From positions 160,001 through 224,000 of the forward strand of contig CAWKHF010000002.1 of NCBI GenBank assembly GCA_963849325.1: a stretch of 64,000 bases of DNA, in the 5' to 3' direction. Made by a program: the position numbers and the translations under genes. Below, piece after piece: positions 10,973-22,742 of this stretch. This DNA is from an uncultured Planctomycetota bacterium (GTDB lineage Bacteria; Planctomycetota; Planctomycetia; Gemmatales; Gemmataceae). The notes under the pieces are model-generated. The model saw nothing but the letters and a program-made list of their open reading frames with translations. It did not search any database and was not told the DNA's origin. How positions within the stretch are numbered: the stretch's first letter is position 1; the number at the start of each line of letters is the position of its first letter.

Positions 10973-12427
10973 TCAAACGCGGACGTCGGCGGTCTGTCCG
11001 AGCAAATGTCGATAGCGCTGCCGAATCGGCTCGACTTCCCCGGCGAGAAACTCGTCCACCTGCTGCGGCGCCCGGCCAACGAATTGGCCGCGGTCGAGCA
11101 CGGACTCGAAGTCCACGCCGGCCAGCAGCGGGTCAGCGCGGAGACGGTCGAGCAGATCGTTGTCGCGGGCGCCGGCCTTCAGGGCGGCGGTGACAGCATG
11201 ACTGTGGCGGCGGATACACTCGTGGACGGCCTGCCGATCACCGCCCCGCGCCACGGCCGCCATCAAGAGGTTCTCCGTCGCCATGTACGGAAAGATCTCG
11301 TCCACGTTCCGCGCGATCACCTCCGGATTGACGACCAGGCCATTGCTGACGTTCAGGGCCAGTCGCAGCACGGCGTCGGCGCTGAGAAACGCCTGCGGCA
11401 GCGTCAGGCGGCGGTTGACGCTGTCGTCCAGCGTGCGCTCCAGCCATTGCGTCGCCGCCGTCTGCGCGGCGCTGACCGACAGACTGACGAGGAAGCGCGA
11501 CAGGCCGCACAGGCGCTCGGCTCGCATCGGATTGCGCTTGTACGCCATCGCCGACGAGCCGACCTGGTCCGCCTCAAACGGCTCATCAATCTCCTGCCGG
11601 TGTGACAGCAGCCGCAGGTCGGTGCCGAACTTGTGGGCGCTCTGCCCCAGGCCGGACAGGGCGTCGAGGATCTGGCTATCGACCTTGCGCGAGTAGGTCT
11701 GTCCTGTGACGGGGTAGACAGACTCGAAACCCATCTTACGGGCGACCAGGTCGTCCAGCCGGCGGACGCGCTCGTGATCGCCGCGAAAGAGGGCGAGGAA
11801 GCTGGCCTGCGTTCCGGTGGTGCCCTTTGCTCCCCGGAAGCGGAGCGAATCCAGGCGGTGCTCCAGCTCGTGCAAGTCGAGTACGAAATCGTAGCACCAC
11901 AGGCAGGCGCGCTTGCCGACGGTCGTGAGCTGGGCCGGCTGGAAGTGCGTGAAGCCGAGCGTGGCCAGGTCGCGCCAGCGGGCGGCGAATCGCGCCAGCG
12001 CATCGATGACGCCGACGAGACGATCGCGCAACAGGCCCAGCCCCTCGCGCAGCAGAATCAGATCGGTGTTGTCGGTGACGTAGCAGCTCGTCGCCCCCAG
12101 GTGAATGATCTCGCGCGCGTCGGGACAGACTTCGCCATACGTCTCGATGTGGGCCATGACGTCGTGGCGTCGCCGTCGTTCGTGGACTTCGGCCCGAGCG
12201 AAATCGATGTCCTCGACGTGCGCCCGCATCTGTTCGAGCTGGGCCGGTGTGATGCGCGGCGTGACGCCATCGTCGTCGAGCAGCCCCAGCTCGTGCTGTG
12301 CCTCGGCCAGCGCGACCCAAAGCCGGCGCCAGGTCGAGAACTTGCGCTGCGGACCCCACAGCTCGGCCATCTCGCGGCTGGCATATCGACTCACCAGAGG
12401 ATTGTCGTAAACCTGAAAGGAATCCAT
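10973..12427 (-). CDS. purB: Adenylosuccinate lyase
   Basis: [19 protein letters not shown], and the fumarate-lyase signature [11 protein letters not shown]. Confidence 0.95.
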   Translation of the reverse strand: MDSFQVYDNPLVSRYASREMAELWGPQRKFSTWRRLWVALAEAQHELGLLDDDGVTPRITPAQLEQMRAHVEDIDFARAEVHERRRRHDVMAHIETYGEVCPDAREIIHLGATSCYVTDNTDLILLREGLGLLRDRLVGVIDALARFAARWRDLATLGFTHFQPAQLTTVGKRACLWCYDFVLDLHELEHRLDSLRFRGAKGTTGTQASFLALFRGDHERVRRLDDLVARKMGFESVYPVTGQTYSRKVDSQILDALSGLGQSAHKFGTDLRLLSHRQEIDEPFEADQVGSSAMAYKRNPMRAERLCGLSRFLVSLSVSAAQTAATQWLERTLDDSVNRRLTLPQAFLSADAVLRLALNVSNGLVVNPEVIARNVDEIFPYMATENLLMAAVARGGDRQAVHECIRRHSHAVTAALKAGARDNDLLDRLRADPLLAGVDFESVLDRGQFVGRAPQQVDEFLAGEVEPIRQRYRHLLGQTADVRV

Positions 12428-12622
12428 GCTCTCCTCTCGTCCGCGTGTTCGCTCTCGGCCGAAATCTCGGCACGGCGAGCAATCCGCTCGGAAGTGCTAT
12501 TTCCGGTCGTCTCCAAGCCTTTTTTATGGCTGCGGCCATCGTTCGTCGCCGCACCGCGATGGTTTGACGGGTAGAGTACAGCAGGAGGAGATTCCATCGT
12601 CTCGTCAAGGAGGATCTCGATC

Positions 12623-13165
12623 ATGCCGCGCATGGCTTTCATCGGAAAAATCGTTACTCTCGGTGTGGTTGTGTGGATCGGCGCCGTCGGTTCAGCCCAC
12701 GGGCAGGATCGCGCCGGCGCGGCGGGGATGGGCGCGGCCGTCGCTCAGCCGGCGCCGGGAGCGATGGTTCAGCCACCCGGCGGCGGCGTCATCCCGCCTG
12801 CGGGCGGCGTTATCCCCCCCGGCGGCGCGGGAGTCGGTGTGGGGGGCGGGCTGGCCGCGCCGGCGGCCGGCAATCTCGGCATCGGCACCATTCCGATCAC
12901 GCCGCCTACGCCGCCCATCGGCTATTACGCCCCTCGACCCGCCGAATACAACATGGGAAAATTTTTCTACTATCCCTATTACTATTATCCACATAGTTAC
13001 TGGCCGACCGAGACCTGTAAGTGGCCGGAGCGGCCCGGACAGGCGTACATGCGGCCGCCGGCCTACATGACGTACCCGCCCTTCATGGAACCGAACTGGC
13101 GTTACGAGTGGTACACGCCGCAGCACTACTACCGCGGCTTCCATTTCTGGCTCGATCAATTCTGA
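12623..13165 (+). CDS. Secreted Gly/Pro-rich hypothetical protein with Tyr/Pro-rich C-terminal domain
   Basis: RBS AGGAGG-like upstream, signal peptide, PPGGGVI repeats, YYPYYYYPHSYW segment. Confidence 0.65.
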   Translation: MPRMAFIGKIVTLGVVVWIGAVGSAHGQDRAGAAGMGAAVAQPAPGAMVQPPGGGVIPPAGGVIPPGGAGVGVGGGLAAPAAGNLGIGTIPITPPTPPIGYYAPRPAEYNMGKFFYYPYYYYPHSYWPTETCKWPERPGQAYMRPPAYMTYPPFMEPNWRYEWYTPQHYYRGFHFWLDQF

Positions 13166-13172
13166 TCGAAGG

Positions 13173-13252
13173 AGGGAATAGGGAATAGGGAGTAGGGAAT
13201 AGGGAATAGGAGCGAGGCTTCTCTCGTTCCTATTCCCTATTCCCTATTCCCT
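13173..13252. repeat. Inverted array of heptamer repeats (GGGAATA)n...(TATTCCC)n
   Basis: Directly visible. Confidence 0.88.
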
Positions 13253-13352
13253 CTTCTCCGCGGCTGCAATTGACAGGGTGAGGGCACTTACTACAATCCA
13301 TGTCTCACCCGTGATGCACCTTCGCGCCGTTTCCGAACGAGAGGCGACAACC

Positions 13353-14882
13353 GTGTCCGTACCCCAAGACCCGTTCGAGGCCAGCCGCACCGAGAAGCTG
13401 CAAGCGATCGCCGCACTGGGACTCGACCCGTGGGGCGGGCGATTCGACGGCCATCAGTCCATCGCCGACGTCCTCGCCCTGCCGGCCGACCGGCCGGAAG
13501 AGCAGCGGCCGCGCGTGCGCATGGCCGGCCGCGTCGTCAGCCGCCGCGAGGGCGGCAAGGTCCATTTCCTCGACCTCAAGGACTGGTCCGGCAAGCCGAC
13601 CTTCCGCGAGATCAAGGGCGAACACGAGGGTGAGGTTGAGAAAGTACACGATCTGAGCAGCCGCATTCAGGTCATGGTCGGACAGAAGCAAGTCGGCGAG
13701 ACCGGCTGGCAGTTGGCGCAGCTTCTCGACCTCGGCGACCTGCTCGGCGTGGACGGCACGTTCGGCAAGACACGGCGCGGCGAACCGACGGTGTTCGCCG
13801 ACAAGCTGACGTTCCTCGGTAAGTCGCTGCTGCCGCACCCGGACAAGTTCGCCGGCATGCACGACCTGGAGTTTCGCCTGCGGCATCGCTACCTCGACCT
13901 GATCTACAACCCCGAGACGCTCGACCGCGCCCGCAAGCGCATCCTGATCGTACGGACGATGCGGCGCTTCCTCGACGAGCGTGGCTTCTGGGAGGTGGAG
14001 ACGCCGACACTGCACGCCATCGCCGGCGGCGCCGCGGCCCGGCCGTTCGTCACGCACCACAACGCCCTGGACATCGATTTGTTCCAGCGCATCGCCCTGG
14101 AATTGCACCTGAAGCGCCTGCTGGTCGGCGGCATCGAGAAGGTGTACGAGATCGGCCGGGTCTTCCGCAACGAGGGCATCAGCCCGCGGCACAATCCGGA
14201 ATTCACCATGATGGAGCTGTACCAGGCATACGGCGACTACCGCTCCATGATGGATTTGACCGAAGAGCTGATTGTCGCCTGCGTGCAGGCGCTGGGCGGC
14301 GGCATGAAACTGCCCTTCGGCGAACACACGATCGACTTCACGCCGCCGTGGCAGCGCAAGACCTACGCCGAGTTGTTCGAGCAGCACGTCGGCGTGCCGA
14401 TGAACGACGCCGAGGCGGTGCGTCGCGTGGCCGAGCAAAGGGGCTTCCCGACGGCCGGCAAAGACCCGGCCGTGGTCGTGCACCACCTGTTCGAGGAGCA
14501 CGTCGAGGACAAGCTGATCGGCCCGGTATTCGTCTACGATTATCCGGCGCCGCTTTGTCCGCTGACCAAGCGGAAGGCCGACAATCCCGACATCGCGGAG
14601 CGTTTCGAGCTGTACGTTCGCGGCATGGAGTTGGCCAACGCCTACACGGAACTGAACGATCCGATCACGCAGGAGCAGACGTTCCGTATGCAGTTGGCCG
14701 GCCTGCCGGAAGAGGAATCGATGGCGAAGATGGATGAGGATTTCATCCGCGCCCTGCGCCACGGTATGCCGCCGGCGGGCGGACTCGGCATCGGCATCGA
14801 CCGCCTGGTCATGCTGCTGACCAACACGCAGACGATCCGCGATGTGATCCTGTTCCCGCTGCTTCGACCGGAGAAAAAATGA
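13353..14882 (+). CDS. lysS: Lysine--tRNA ligase (class II)
   Basis: RYLDL, EVETP, GGAAARPF.THHNALD, FRNEG, ELANAYTELNDP, GMPPAGGLGIGIDRLVM; GTG start estimated. Confidence 0.96.
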   Translation: MSVPQDPFEASRTEKLQAIAALGLDPWGGRFDGHQSIADVLALPADRPEEQRPRVRMAGRVVSRREGGKVHFLDLKDWSGKPTFREIKGEHEGEVEKVHDLSSRIQVMVGQKQVGETGWQLAQLLDLGDLLGVDGTFGKTRRGEPTVFADKLTFLGKSLLPHPDKFAGMHDLEFRLRHRYLDLIYNPETLDRARKRILIVRTMRRFLDERGFWEVETPTLHAIAGGAAARPFVTHHNALDIDLFQRIALELHLKRLLVGGIEKVYEIGRVFRNEGISPRHNPEFTMMELYQAYGDYRSMMDLTEELIVACVQALGGGMKLPFGEHTIDFTPPWQRKTYAELFEQHVGVPMNDAEAVRRVAEQRGFPTAGKDPAVVVHHLFEEHVEDKLIGPVFVYDYPAPLCPLTKRKADNPDIAERFELYVRGMELANAYTELNDPITQEQTFRMQLAGLPEEESMAKMDEDFIRALRHGMPPAGGLGIGIDRLVMLLTNTQTIRDVILFPLLRPEKK

Positions 14883-14885
14883 ACT

Positions 14886-15003
14886 ACCACGAATCACACG
14901 AATAACACGAATAAAATACCAATAAAGAGAGAGAAAGAGAGATAATGGCGGGAGTCTTCGCTGATTTTCTTTCTTCATTCGTGTAATTCGTGTGATTCGT
15001 GGT
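14886..15003. repeat. Intergenic inverted repeat of 9-mer units (ACCACGAATCACACGAAT family)
   Basis: ACCACGAATCACACGAATAACACGAAT ... ATTCGTGTAATTCGTGTGATTCGTGGT. Confidence 0.9.
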
Positions 15004-15023
15004 TTTCCTTCTTGAGGTGAGAT

Positions 15024-16432
15024 GTGTATAAATTGCTGCTCTGCTGGCGGTATCTGCTGACGCGCTACCTGGCCCTGGTGTGCATCGTCAGTGTCATGCT
15101 CGGGGTGGCCACGCTCATCGTCGTCAACAGCGTCATGGCCGGCTTCAGCACCAAGCTGCGCGATCGGCTGCACGGTCTGCTCTCCGACATCGTCATCGAG
15201 GCCTGCGATTACGAGGGCTTCGCCAACCCCGACGGCAAGATGGCCCGCATCCAGGCCGACCCGTTTCTGAGTCAGCGCATCGAGGCCATGACGCCGACGC
15301 TGGAAATCTTCGGCATGATCCGGTTCAACTACAACGGCATGCCCATCGCCCGGCCGGTGCGCATCATCGGCATCGACCCGATTGGCCGCACTCGTGTCGG
15401 CGGCTTCGCCGAGCATTTGCAGATCAACCGCGGCCAACCGTCGTTCGAGCTGAACGCGGAGGCAGTGCAGCGTCAACGTCTGCTGCACCCGCCGCATCGG
15501 CTGGACCGCATGGCCGCCCTGATGGCGTTGCCGGCGCCGGACGGACGGCCGGCCCCCGAACCGCCGCCGTCGCGCGAGTTCGTGCCGTGCAGCATCATCG
15601 TCGGCTATGCCGTCGCCCACTTCCGCGCTCCAGGGACTGACGCCGCCAGTCCTCACGAAATCCGCACTCTCGAACCCGGCGATGACGTCATCGTCACGAC
15701 CATCAGCGGCCTGGCCCTCAAGCCCGTCGAATGGCGCTGTGCCGTTTGCGACTATTTCCACTCCGAAATGAGCGAATACGACGCCAATTACGTGTTCGTG
15801 CCGCTGGAGGAATTGCAGCGGCTGCGAACGATGGAAGGCCGGGCCACCAGCATTCAAATCCGCTTCAAGGACTACCGCGATTTGAAGGCGGTCAAGCGGC
15901 ATCTGCAGGATCTGTTCAACGCACGAGCCGTTGGCCGTGCAGACCTGGGAGGACAAGCAAGGACCGCTGCTGGCGGCCATCAGCATCGAGAAGGGCATCC
16001 TCAACGTGCTGCTGTTCATGATTATCGCCGTGGCCGGCTTCGGCATCCTGGCCATTTTCTCGATGATCGTGGTCGAGAAGACGCGCGACATCGGCATCCT
16101 CAAGGCGCTGGGCGCGTCCAACACCGGCGTGCTGAACATCTTCCTGGGTTACGGTCTGCTGCTCGGCATCGTTGGTGCCGTGTCTCGGCTCCGCCGCCGG
16201 CGTGGCCATCACCGTCTACATCAACGAGATCGAGCAATTTCTGACCCGATGCACCGGGCACGAATTGTTCGACCGCTCGGTGTACTACTTCAACGAGATC
16301 CCGACCGACCTCAATGTATGGAGCGTGGTCCTCATCAACGTCGGCGCGGTGGCCATCGCCGTGCTGTTCAGCGTGCTGCCGGCGCTGCGGGCGGCCCTGC
16401 TGCATCCGGTGCGAGCACTGCGATACGAATAA
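15024..16432 (+). CDS. LolC/E-type ABC transporter permease; frameshifts near 15930 and 16180
   Basis: SVMLGVATLIVVNSVMAGF; then MIVVEKTRDIGILKALGAS and PALRAALLHPVRALRYE in successive frames. Confidence 0.85.
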
Positions 16433-16439
16433 GGTATTC

Positions 16440-16498
16440 CCGTTTAGCCGCGACGCGCAGCGGAGCGCAGCGCTCCGCTGCGCGTCGCGGCTAAACGG
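16440..16498. repeat. REP-like perfect palindrome (29-bp arms)
   Basis: CCGTTTAGCCGCGACGCGCAGCGGAGCGC-A-reverse complement; related copy at 59964-60024. Confidence 0.9.
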
Positions 16499-16525
16499 AG
16501 AAGTCAACCCGGAAGGATTCGAGTG

Positions 16526-17338
16526 ATGCACGAGAACCTGCCCCTGTTGGCGGCGGTCAACGTCCACAAGACCTATCGCAAGCACGCTATCGAGGTGCCG
16601 GTGCTGACCGGGCTGGACCTGGAAGTGCATGCCGGCGAGTTCCTCAGCGTCGTCGGCAGCTCCGGCAGCGGCAAAAGCACGCTGCTGCACCTGCTCGGCA
16701 CCCTCGACAAGCCCGACGAGGGACGCATCCTCCTCGATGGCGAGCGCATCGACAATCAGCCCGCCGAGCAGCGCGACCGCCTGCGTAACCAGACGTTCGG
16801 CTTCATCTTCCAGTTCTATCATCTGCTGCCGGAGCTGAGCACGCTGGAAAACGTGCTGATGCCGCGAATGATCGCCCTGCCGGTGCGCGGCTGGTTCCGC
16901 CAGCGCCGCGCCCTCAAGCAGCAGGCCACCGAATTGCTCGATCGCGTCGGCCTGGGACATCGCCTGCACCACAAGCCGCGCGAGCTGTCCGGCGGCGAGA
17001 TGCAGCGCGCGGCCATCGCTCGCGCGCTCATCAACCGTCCGCGCATCCTGCTGGCCGACGAGCCGACCGGCAACCTCGACGCCGACAAGGGCGTCGAGAT
17101 CATCCGTCTGCTGCGCGACTTGAACCGGCAGGAACGGCTGACTATCATCATGGTGACGCACAACATGGAGATCGTCTCGGCCACGGATAGGGTGGTCCAA
17201 CTTCGCGCAGGGCGCGTTGAGACATCAATGGAACCACGATTCCACGGCTGTGGAAAGGACATGATCCAGTGTGGATCAACGGCAAGCTCTTCGAGCTTCA
17301 ATGGGGCCACAGCACGCGGAATCGTGGATACACCATAG
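16526..17338 (+). CDS. lolD: ABC transporter ATP-binding protein (LolD-like)
   Basis: Walker A GSSGSGKST, GFIFQFYHLL, LSGGEMQR, LADEPTGNLD. Confidence 0.85.
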   Translation: MHENLPLLAAVNVHKTYRKHAIEVPVLTGLDLEVHAGEFLSVVGSSGSGKSTLLHLLGTLDKPDEGRILLDGERIDNQPAEQRDRLRNQTFGFIFQFYHLLPELSTLENVLMPRMIALPVRGWFRQRRALKQQATELLDRVGLGHRLHHKPRELSGGEMQRAAIARALINRPRILLADEPTGNLDADKGVEIIRLLRDLNRQERLTIIMVTHNMEIVSATDRVVQLRAGRVETSMEPRFHGCGKDMIQCGSTASSSSFNGATARGIVDTP

Positions 17339-17345
17339 GATAGCC

Positions 17346-18202
17346 ATGAATAAGGTCTGGATCAACGGCAAACTGTTCAACAAGGCTGACGCCAAGGTCA
17401 GCGTATTCGATCACGGCCTGCTCTACGGCGACGGCGTTTTCGAGGGCATTCGCATTTACGGCGGCAAGGTGTTCCGCCTCCGCGAGCACATCGATCGCCT
17501 CTACGAGAGCGCCCGCCACATCGCGCTGGAGATGCCGCTGGGCCGCGAGCCATTGACGCAGGCCGTACTCGACACGGTCAAGGTCAACGCCAAGCAGGAC
17601 GGCTACATCCGCCTGGTGGTGACGCGCGGCGCCGGCAATCTCGGGCTGGACCCGCAACAAATGCTCCCAGCCGCAGGTCATCATCATCGTCGATGACATC
17701 AGTCTCTACCCGATCGAGTTCTACGAGAAGGGACTGGAGGTCATCACCGCCTCGATCATCCGCAATCACCCCAACGCCCTGAATCCGCGCATCAAGTCAC
17801 TCAACTACCTCAATAACATCCTGGCCAAGATCGAGGCCGTGCGCGCCGGCTGCCAGGAAGCGATCATGCTCAACCACAACGGCGAGGTCGCCGAATGTAC
17901 CGGCGACAACCTCTTCCTCGTCAAGCGCGGCATCCTGCGGACGCCGCACCTGGCCGCCGGCATCCTCGAAGGCGTGACGCGCAACGCCGTCATCGAGTTG
18001 GCCCGCGAGGCGAAAATCCCGGTGCAGGAGATGGCCCTGACGCGCCACGACGTCTACAGCGCCGACGAGTGCTTCCTGACCGGCACCGCGGCCGAGGTCG
18101 TGCCGGTGGTCGACTGCGACGGCCGGCCCATCGGCAACGGCAAGCCCGGTCCTCGTCACCCGGCAGCTGCGCGAACGCTTTCACCAGTTGGCCCGGCAAT
18201 AG
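17346..18202 (+). CDS. ilvE: Branched-chain amino acid aminotransferase; frameshifts near 17660 and 18150
   Basis: VFDHGLLYGDGVFEGIR, RIKSLNYLNNILAK, GILEGVTR, ADECFLTGTAAEV. Confidence 0.9.
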
Positions 18203-18212
18203 CTGACAGCAT

Positions 18213-18680
18213 ATGATCGACCTCCACCGTATCCTGGTGCCGACCGACTTCTCCAAGTCGTCGGCCAATGCGCTCACCTACGGAGTGGCGTTCGCGTCGC
18301 GGTTCGGCGCGGAGCTGCACCTGCTGCACGTCGTGCAAGACCTGGCCCTGTTCATCCCCGAGGCGGTGATGGTCAGCCCGCCGATGATGCCGCCCGTCGA
18401 GCAGTTCGTGTCGGCGGCCCGCGTCGCCCTGGACCGCGCCGTACAGGAATTGGCCGTGCCCGACGTGCGCGTCATCCCGGAGGTGGCCGAGGGAACACCG
18501 TTCGAGGAGATCGTTCGTTTCGCCCGTGACAAGGACATCGACCTCATCGTCATGGGCACGCACGGCCACACGGGTCTGGCGCACCTGCTGATGGGGAGCG
18601 TCGCGGAGAAGGTGGTTCGGCGGGCGCCGTGTCCGGTGCTGACGGTGCGCCACCCCGAGCACGAGTTCGTACACCCCTGA
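18213..18680 (+). CDS. Universal stress protein
   Basis: ILVPTDFS...DLIVMGTHG.TG....MGSVAEKVVRRAPCPVLTV. Confidence 0.93.
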   Translation: MIDLHRILVPTDFSKSSANALTYGVAFASRFGAELHLLHVVQDLALFIPEAVMVSPPMMPPVEQFVSAARVALDRAVQELAVPDVRVIPEVAEGTPFEEIVRFARDKDIDLIVMGTHGHTGLAHLLMGSVAEKVVRRAPCPVLTVRHPEHEFVHP

Positions 18681-18699
18681 GACGCGAGAGAGAAACGAC

Positions 18700-19361
18700 A
18701 TGGCCCGACATCGACCGACCGCCATTCTGGTGATCGCCATTCTGCACATCATTGGCGCGAGCATCGGCATCCTCAGCTCCTGTTACTCCGTTGCCATGAT
18801 GGGAGTGGCCCAGGCCTCCTCCACCGCGCCGTCTCCCGCCTTCACGCCCCCGCCGGGGGCACCCCAGGGGCAACCGACGCCGCCGAACGCGGCGCAGATC
18901 CTCAAGTATTACGAGGAACACGTACCCGGTTACACGGCGTTTACGTTTGGCTCCCTGGCCGTGAGCTTCCTGCTGGACGTGATGCTGCTTGCCTCCGGCA
19001 TCGGCCTGCTGAAGATGCAGCCATGGGCGCGGCTGCTGTCGTTGATTTATGCTCCTTTGAGCATCCTTTTTCACATTCTTTCCTTCGGGTATCAGCTGAT
19101 TGTGGTGCTCCCGGCTTCGCACGACTTGTTCGCGCAGATGGCCGGTCTTGGCCCGATGGGAACTATCATGGAGGCGGCCGCCACCATCGGCGCCGTTGTC
19201 AGTTTCCTGATCGTCGTTTACCCGATCGTGGTGCTCGTCATCATGCTGCGGCATCCACCGTGGCCGCTTTCCGCGATGACGTTCCCGAGGCGGAAGAGGC
19301 GGATAGATTTGAGGACGATCCCTGGCGAGAGCCGCCGCGGAGCGATGCCTTCACGCGCTGA
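18700..19361 (+). CDS. Hypothetical membrane protein; frameshift near 19250
   Basis: Four hydrophobic segments; RPTAILVIAILHII start; acidic tail in the alternative frame. Confidence 0.65.
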
Positions 19362-19396
19362 TTCGTATCCCCTCTGCCAACCTCTGGCCGATCGCT

Positions 19397-20145
19397 TCAG
19401 TTCTTGAAGGCGATGTAGAGGGCAAACACGACAAGGACCAGCAGCCCGTTGAGGAGCAAAGCTAGGTTCAACTGGCGAACGCCCTTGGGGGCTCATTTCC
19501 TCTTCCGAAAATGCGGCGCGAAGCAAGTAGTACCAGGCGAGGGGCAGAAGAACGAGCGTTCCCAGACCCAGCACCGAAGCGAGAAACGCACGCCGGGCGA
19601 GATCGTCTCCGGAAGAGACCGTCGCCGAGCGTTCGACGGTCTCCTCTTCTTCTTGTGCCGCTGGTGGTGGAACAGGCGGTACGGTCGGGGCGACCGACGG
19701 AGCACGAGCGATCTCGTCGCGCTTCTGGACTTCTTCGCCGCTGGGCACCGTGGCGGGGCCGGGCTGGATGGCGGTGAGATCGCGGGGCGCCGGCGCGGAT
19801 GCCTTCGCGCGGCGTCTGGCAGGAATAGCAAATCGACAGCCGATTGCTGACCGGTTCGCCGCAGATGGAGCAGAGCCACACGCCGGACTCGGCCTGGTCC
19901 TCCCAGTCGTCGTCGAGCTTGGCGGCGTCCACGGCGGCGAGAAGACCAGCCGCGCGCTGGGCATCGTCCTCGCGCACCTGCAAGGCAATCTGATCGCTCC
20001 CTCCCGCCTGGCCGAACGGCAACACATCCGCTGTCAGCTCGCCGGCCAACATCGACTCGATACCCTCATTTTCCAGCAGGTTTTTCGCCAGCTGGGCCTC
20101 GAAGGATCGATTGAAGGTCATCACGGTGACAAACTGGTCGGACAT
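19397..20145 (-). CDS. DUF2007-like protein with Zn-ribbon and C-terminal TM helices; frameshifted
   Basis: EAQLAKNLLENEGI...LQVREDDAQRA; WLCSICG...CYSC; TM segments in shifted frames. Confidence 0.65.
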
Positions 20146-20186
20146 CCGCCGAACCTCCCAGGCATTCGGAGACAAACCCTACTCCA

Positions 20187-22742
20187 TCAATCTTCCTGTT
20201 TTCCCCTGCGAATGGCAAATCGTTCCTTGCTGCGGAACGTCTCGACGACCAGTCCGCCGGCGCGACTGCGGACGGTGACGGCGCCGTGTCGATACGTGTC
20301 GAGGACGTGCGCCCCGATCCCGGTAAACCGCTGGGTAACACGCGCCGATGGCGCCGGCCTCCCCTGACTGGAAACGACCGCGCCTGGCCGCGCCCAGCGC
20401 GCCAACTCCGGCGTATTGGTCAAGTGGCTGCCGTGATGCGGAGCCATGAGGACATCGACGCGGCGCGGCGGCAGTTCGCCGAGCACGCGCTGCAATCCCG
20501 CCCCTTCCAGGTCGCCGGTGAGCAGGATCGTGTGCCCGGCGTGGCGAACCTGGAGCACCAGGCTGCGCGCGTTTTCGTTGCCCTCGGGTCCGCTGGCCGG
20601 CGGGTGTAGCACCTCCAGGGACACGTCGCCCGCCGTCAGACGGTCGCCGGCCTTGACGATGCGCAGGGGAATGCCGCGCTCCCTCAGAACGGCGAGCGTG
20701 TGCTGGACGCCGGGAGTGGCCTTGTCCGCGAAGCTCGGCGTACACGTCACCTGACCGACCGCGAAGCGATCGAGCAAGTCGGGCAGGCCGTTGAAGTGAT
20801 CGAGGTCGGCGTGCGAGAGGAGGACTTCATCGATGCGGCGGATGCCGCGCTGCCACAGAAACGGCTCGATCTGCCGTCGCGTCACGTCGGGTCCGATGAG
20901 CGAGCCAGCGTCATAGAGCAGCGTTCGGCCGTCGGGCGCCTCCAGCACGACACAACCGCCGTGGCCGACGGACAGAAATGTGCAGCGCATCTCGTCGCTC
21001 GGCAGCCGCGCCGCCCCAGCGACGAGACCGGCACACAGCCAACCCAGTCCCGCCACGCCGGCCCAGCGCCAGCGGCGGCGTAACGGTCCCTGCGTCATCA
21101 CCGCCAGCAGGCCGGCGTAGAACACCCACAACCACCAGTCCGAGATGAAGCCGACGTAGAGATAACTGCCGGGAACGCGGTCGGCGGCATCGACCAGTAC
21201 CTCGCAGGCGGCGAGACTGCCGTGAACGAGGGACGCCAGCGGCGCCGTCAACGGCAGACAGACGATGCCCGTCAGCAGGAGCAGAAAACCCGCAAACAGG
21301 GCCACCGTCGTCAACACGACGAGCGGCGGGCCGAGCAGAAGGCCGCTGGGCGAGATCATTTGGTAGCGCGACGCGGCCAGGGGCGTGATCGCCAGCCAGA
21401 TGAGCAAGGTGATGACGTAGCTTTCCAGCACACGGCAGCCGAGCCGGTGCAGACCCCGTTGCCACGCCGGGCGGGTCGTATCGAGCAGGCGCTCCAACGG
21501 ATCTTCTTCGCGCTGCAACAGATGGCGACTGCCCCAGTACAGGACGGCGACGGACAGGAACGACAGCAAGCAGCCGGGAGTACACAGGTCCGTCGGATTC
21601 ACCAGGGCGACGACGAGCCAGGAGAGGGCGAAGACATTGGCCGGCAGCACGCGGCGGCGCAGGACCAATCCGCCGCAAACGGCGCAGACGGTGATGGCCG
21701 AGCGCAGCGCGGGCGGTCGGCCGCCGGTGAGCAGAGCGTAACCGAGCAGCACCACGGCCACGACCCAGGCGGCGTGGCGCTGGCGCACACCCAGGCGCGG
21801 CAGGACGAACCACAGAAATGCCGCCAAAATCACGAGATGCTGACCGGAAATCGCCAGGACGTGGAGCACGCCGGTGCGTATGTATTTGTCCCAGTCCGCC
21901 CGCGTCATGCCGGAGCCTTCGCCCAGGAGCAAGGCGCTGGCCAAGCCCTGCGATCGCTCCGGCAACGTGTCGCGGAGGATTTGCTGTCCTCGACCGCGGA
22001 TGACGGCGAGCCAGCCGTGGAAGGACATGGTCCATCCGCGGTCCAGACGTGTCACGGCCTGCGGTGTCTTCCGCGCCGCTAGCACCGTGAGGATGCCCTG
22101 GTCGCGCAGATGAGCGGCGAAATCGAACTCGCCGGGATTGCTCGGCGGCGCGGCCAGGGACAGTTGCCCCACGACCTCGACCGCATCGCCGCAGTGCAGG
22201 TCCGGCCAATTCTCGACGCCTACGACGCGCACTCGGCCGGATGCTGCCAACCAGTTGTCACCGCGCCGCAGCTGACCGACACGCAGGACGCTTACCGTCG
22301 TCCCGGCACGGGGGAAAGAGCGCAAGGGATCGATGGATGGGGCGCGGTTGTGTATGGGTTCCTCATCGATGAATCCGCGCAATTGCACGGGCACCGGCTC
22401 GTCTTTCGCATACAGGGCGATGTCATCGGCCGCGTAAACATCGCGGCGGTAGTGGTGGTAAGCGGCCCCGAAGGCGGTGCCCGCCAGGGCCAGGTAGAGC
22501 AGCGGTAAGCCGGGCTGCCGACTGCCGCGCGTGCCGAACCAGGCGAGGAGGCAGCCCGCCGCCGCCAGAAGGCTCACGGGCATCGGCAGCGAGACGTGAC
22601 GATCGAGCATCACCCCGGCGGTGACGGCGAGGGCGGCGGGGACCAACGGCGCACGCCAAATGCTCTCCGGCAACAGCGCGTCCAACGCCGGTCGGGCCGA
22701 TGCGGCGGATGATCCTCCAGACGTAACCGGAGCGTTGGACAT
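20187..22742 (-). CDS. comEC: ComEC/Rec2 competence protein
   Basis: NPGEFDF, TGVLHVLAISGQHL, and metallo-beta-lactamase LSHADLDHFNG and MAPHHGS. Confidence 0.93.
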   Translation of the reverse strand: MSNAPVTSGGSSAASARPALDALLPESIWRAPLVPAALAVTAGVMLDRHVSLPMPVSLLAAAGCLLAWFGTRGSRQPGLPLLYLALAGTAFGAAYHHYRRDVYAADDIALYAKDEPVPVQLRGFIDEEPIHNRAPSIDPLRSFPRAGTTVSVLRVGQLRRGDNWLAASGRVRVVGVENWPDLHCGDAVEVVGQLSLAAPPSNPGEFDFAAHLRDQGILTVLAARKTPQAVTRLDRGWTMSFHGWLAVIRGRGQQILRDTLPERSQGLASALLLGEGSGMTRADWDKYIRTGVLHVLAISGQHLVILAAFLWFVLPRLGVRQRHAAWVVAVVLLGYALLTGGRPPALRSAITVCAVCGGLVLRRRVLPANVFALSWLVVALVNPTDLCTPGCLLSFLSVAVLYWGSRHLLQREEDPLERLLDTTRPAWQRGLHRLGCRVLESYVITLLIWLAITPLAASRYQMISPSGLLLGPPLVVLTTVALFAGFLLLLTGIVCLPLTAPLASLVHGSLAACEVLVDAADRVPGSYLYVGFISDWWLWVFYAGLLAVMTQGPLRRRWRWAGVAGLGWLCAGLVAGAARLPSDEMRCTFLSVGHGGCVVLEAPDGRTLLYDAGSLIGPDVTRRQIEPFLWQRGIRRIDEVLLSHADLDHFNGLPDLLDRFAVGQVTCTPSFADKATPGVQHTLAVLRERGIPLRIVKAGDRLTAGDVSLEVLHPPASGPEGNENARSLVLQVRHAGHTILLTGDLEGAGLQRVLGELPPRRVDVLMAPHHGSHLTNTPELARWARPGAVVSSQGRPAPSARVTQRFTGIGAHVLDTYRHGAVTVRSRAGGLVVETFRSKERFAIRRGKQED

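Noticed and set aside
13305-16139. 944-aa minus-strand ORF
   Set aside because: Antisense shadow of lysS and lolC/E that runs through an intergenic repeat; no recognisable motifs.
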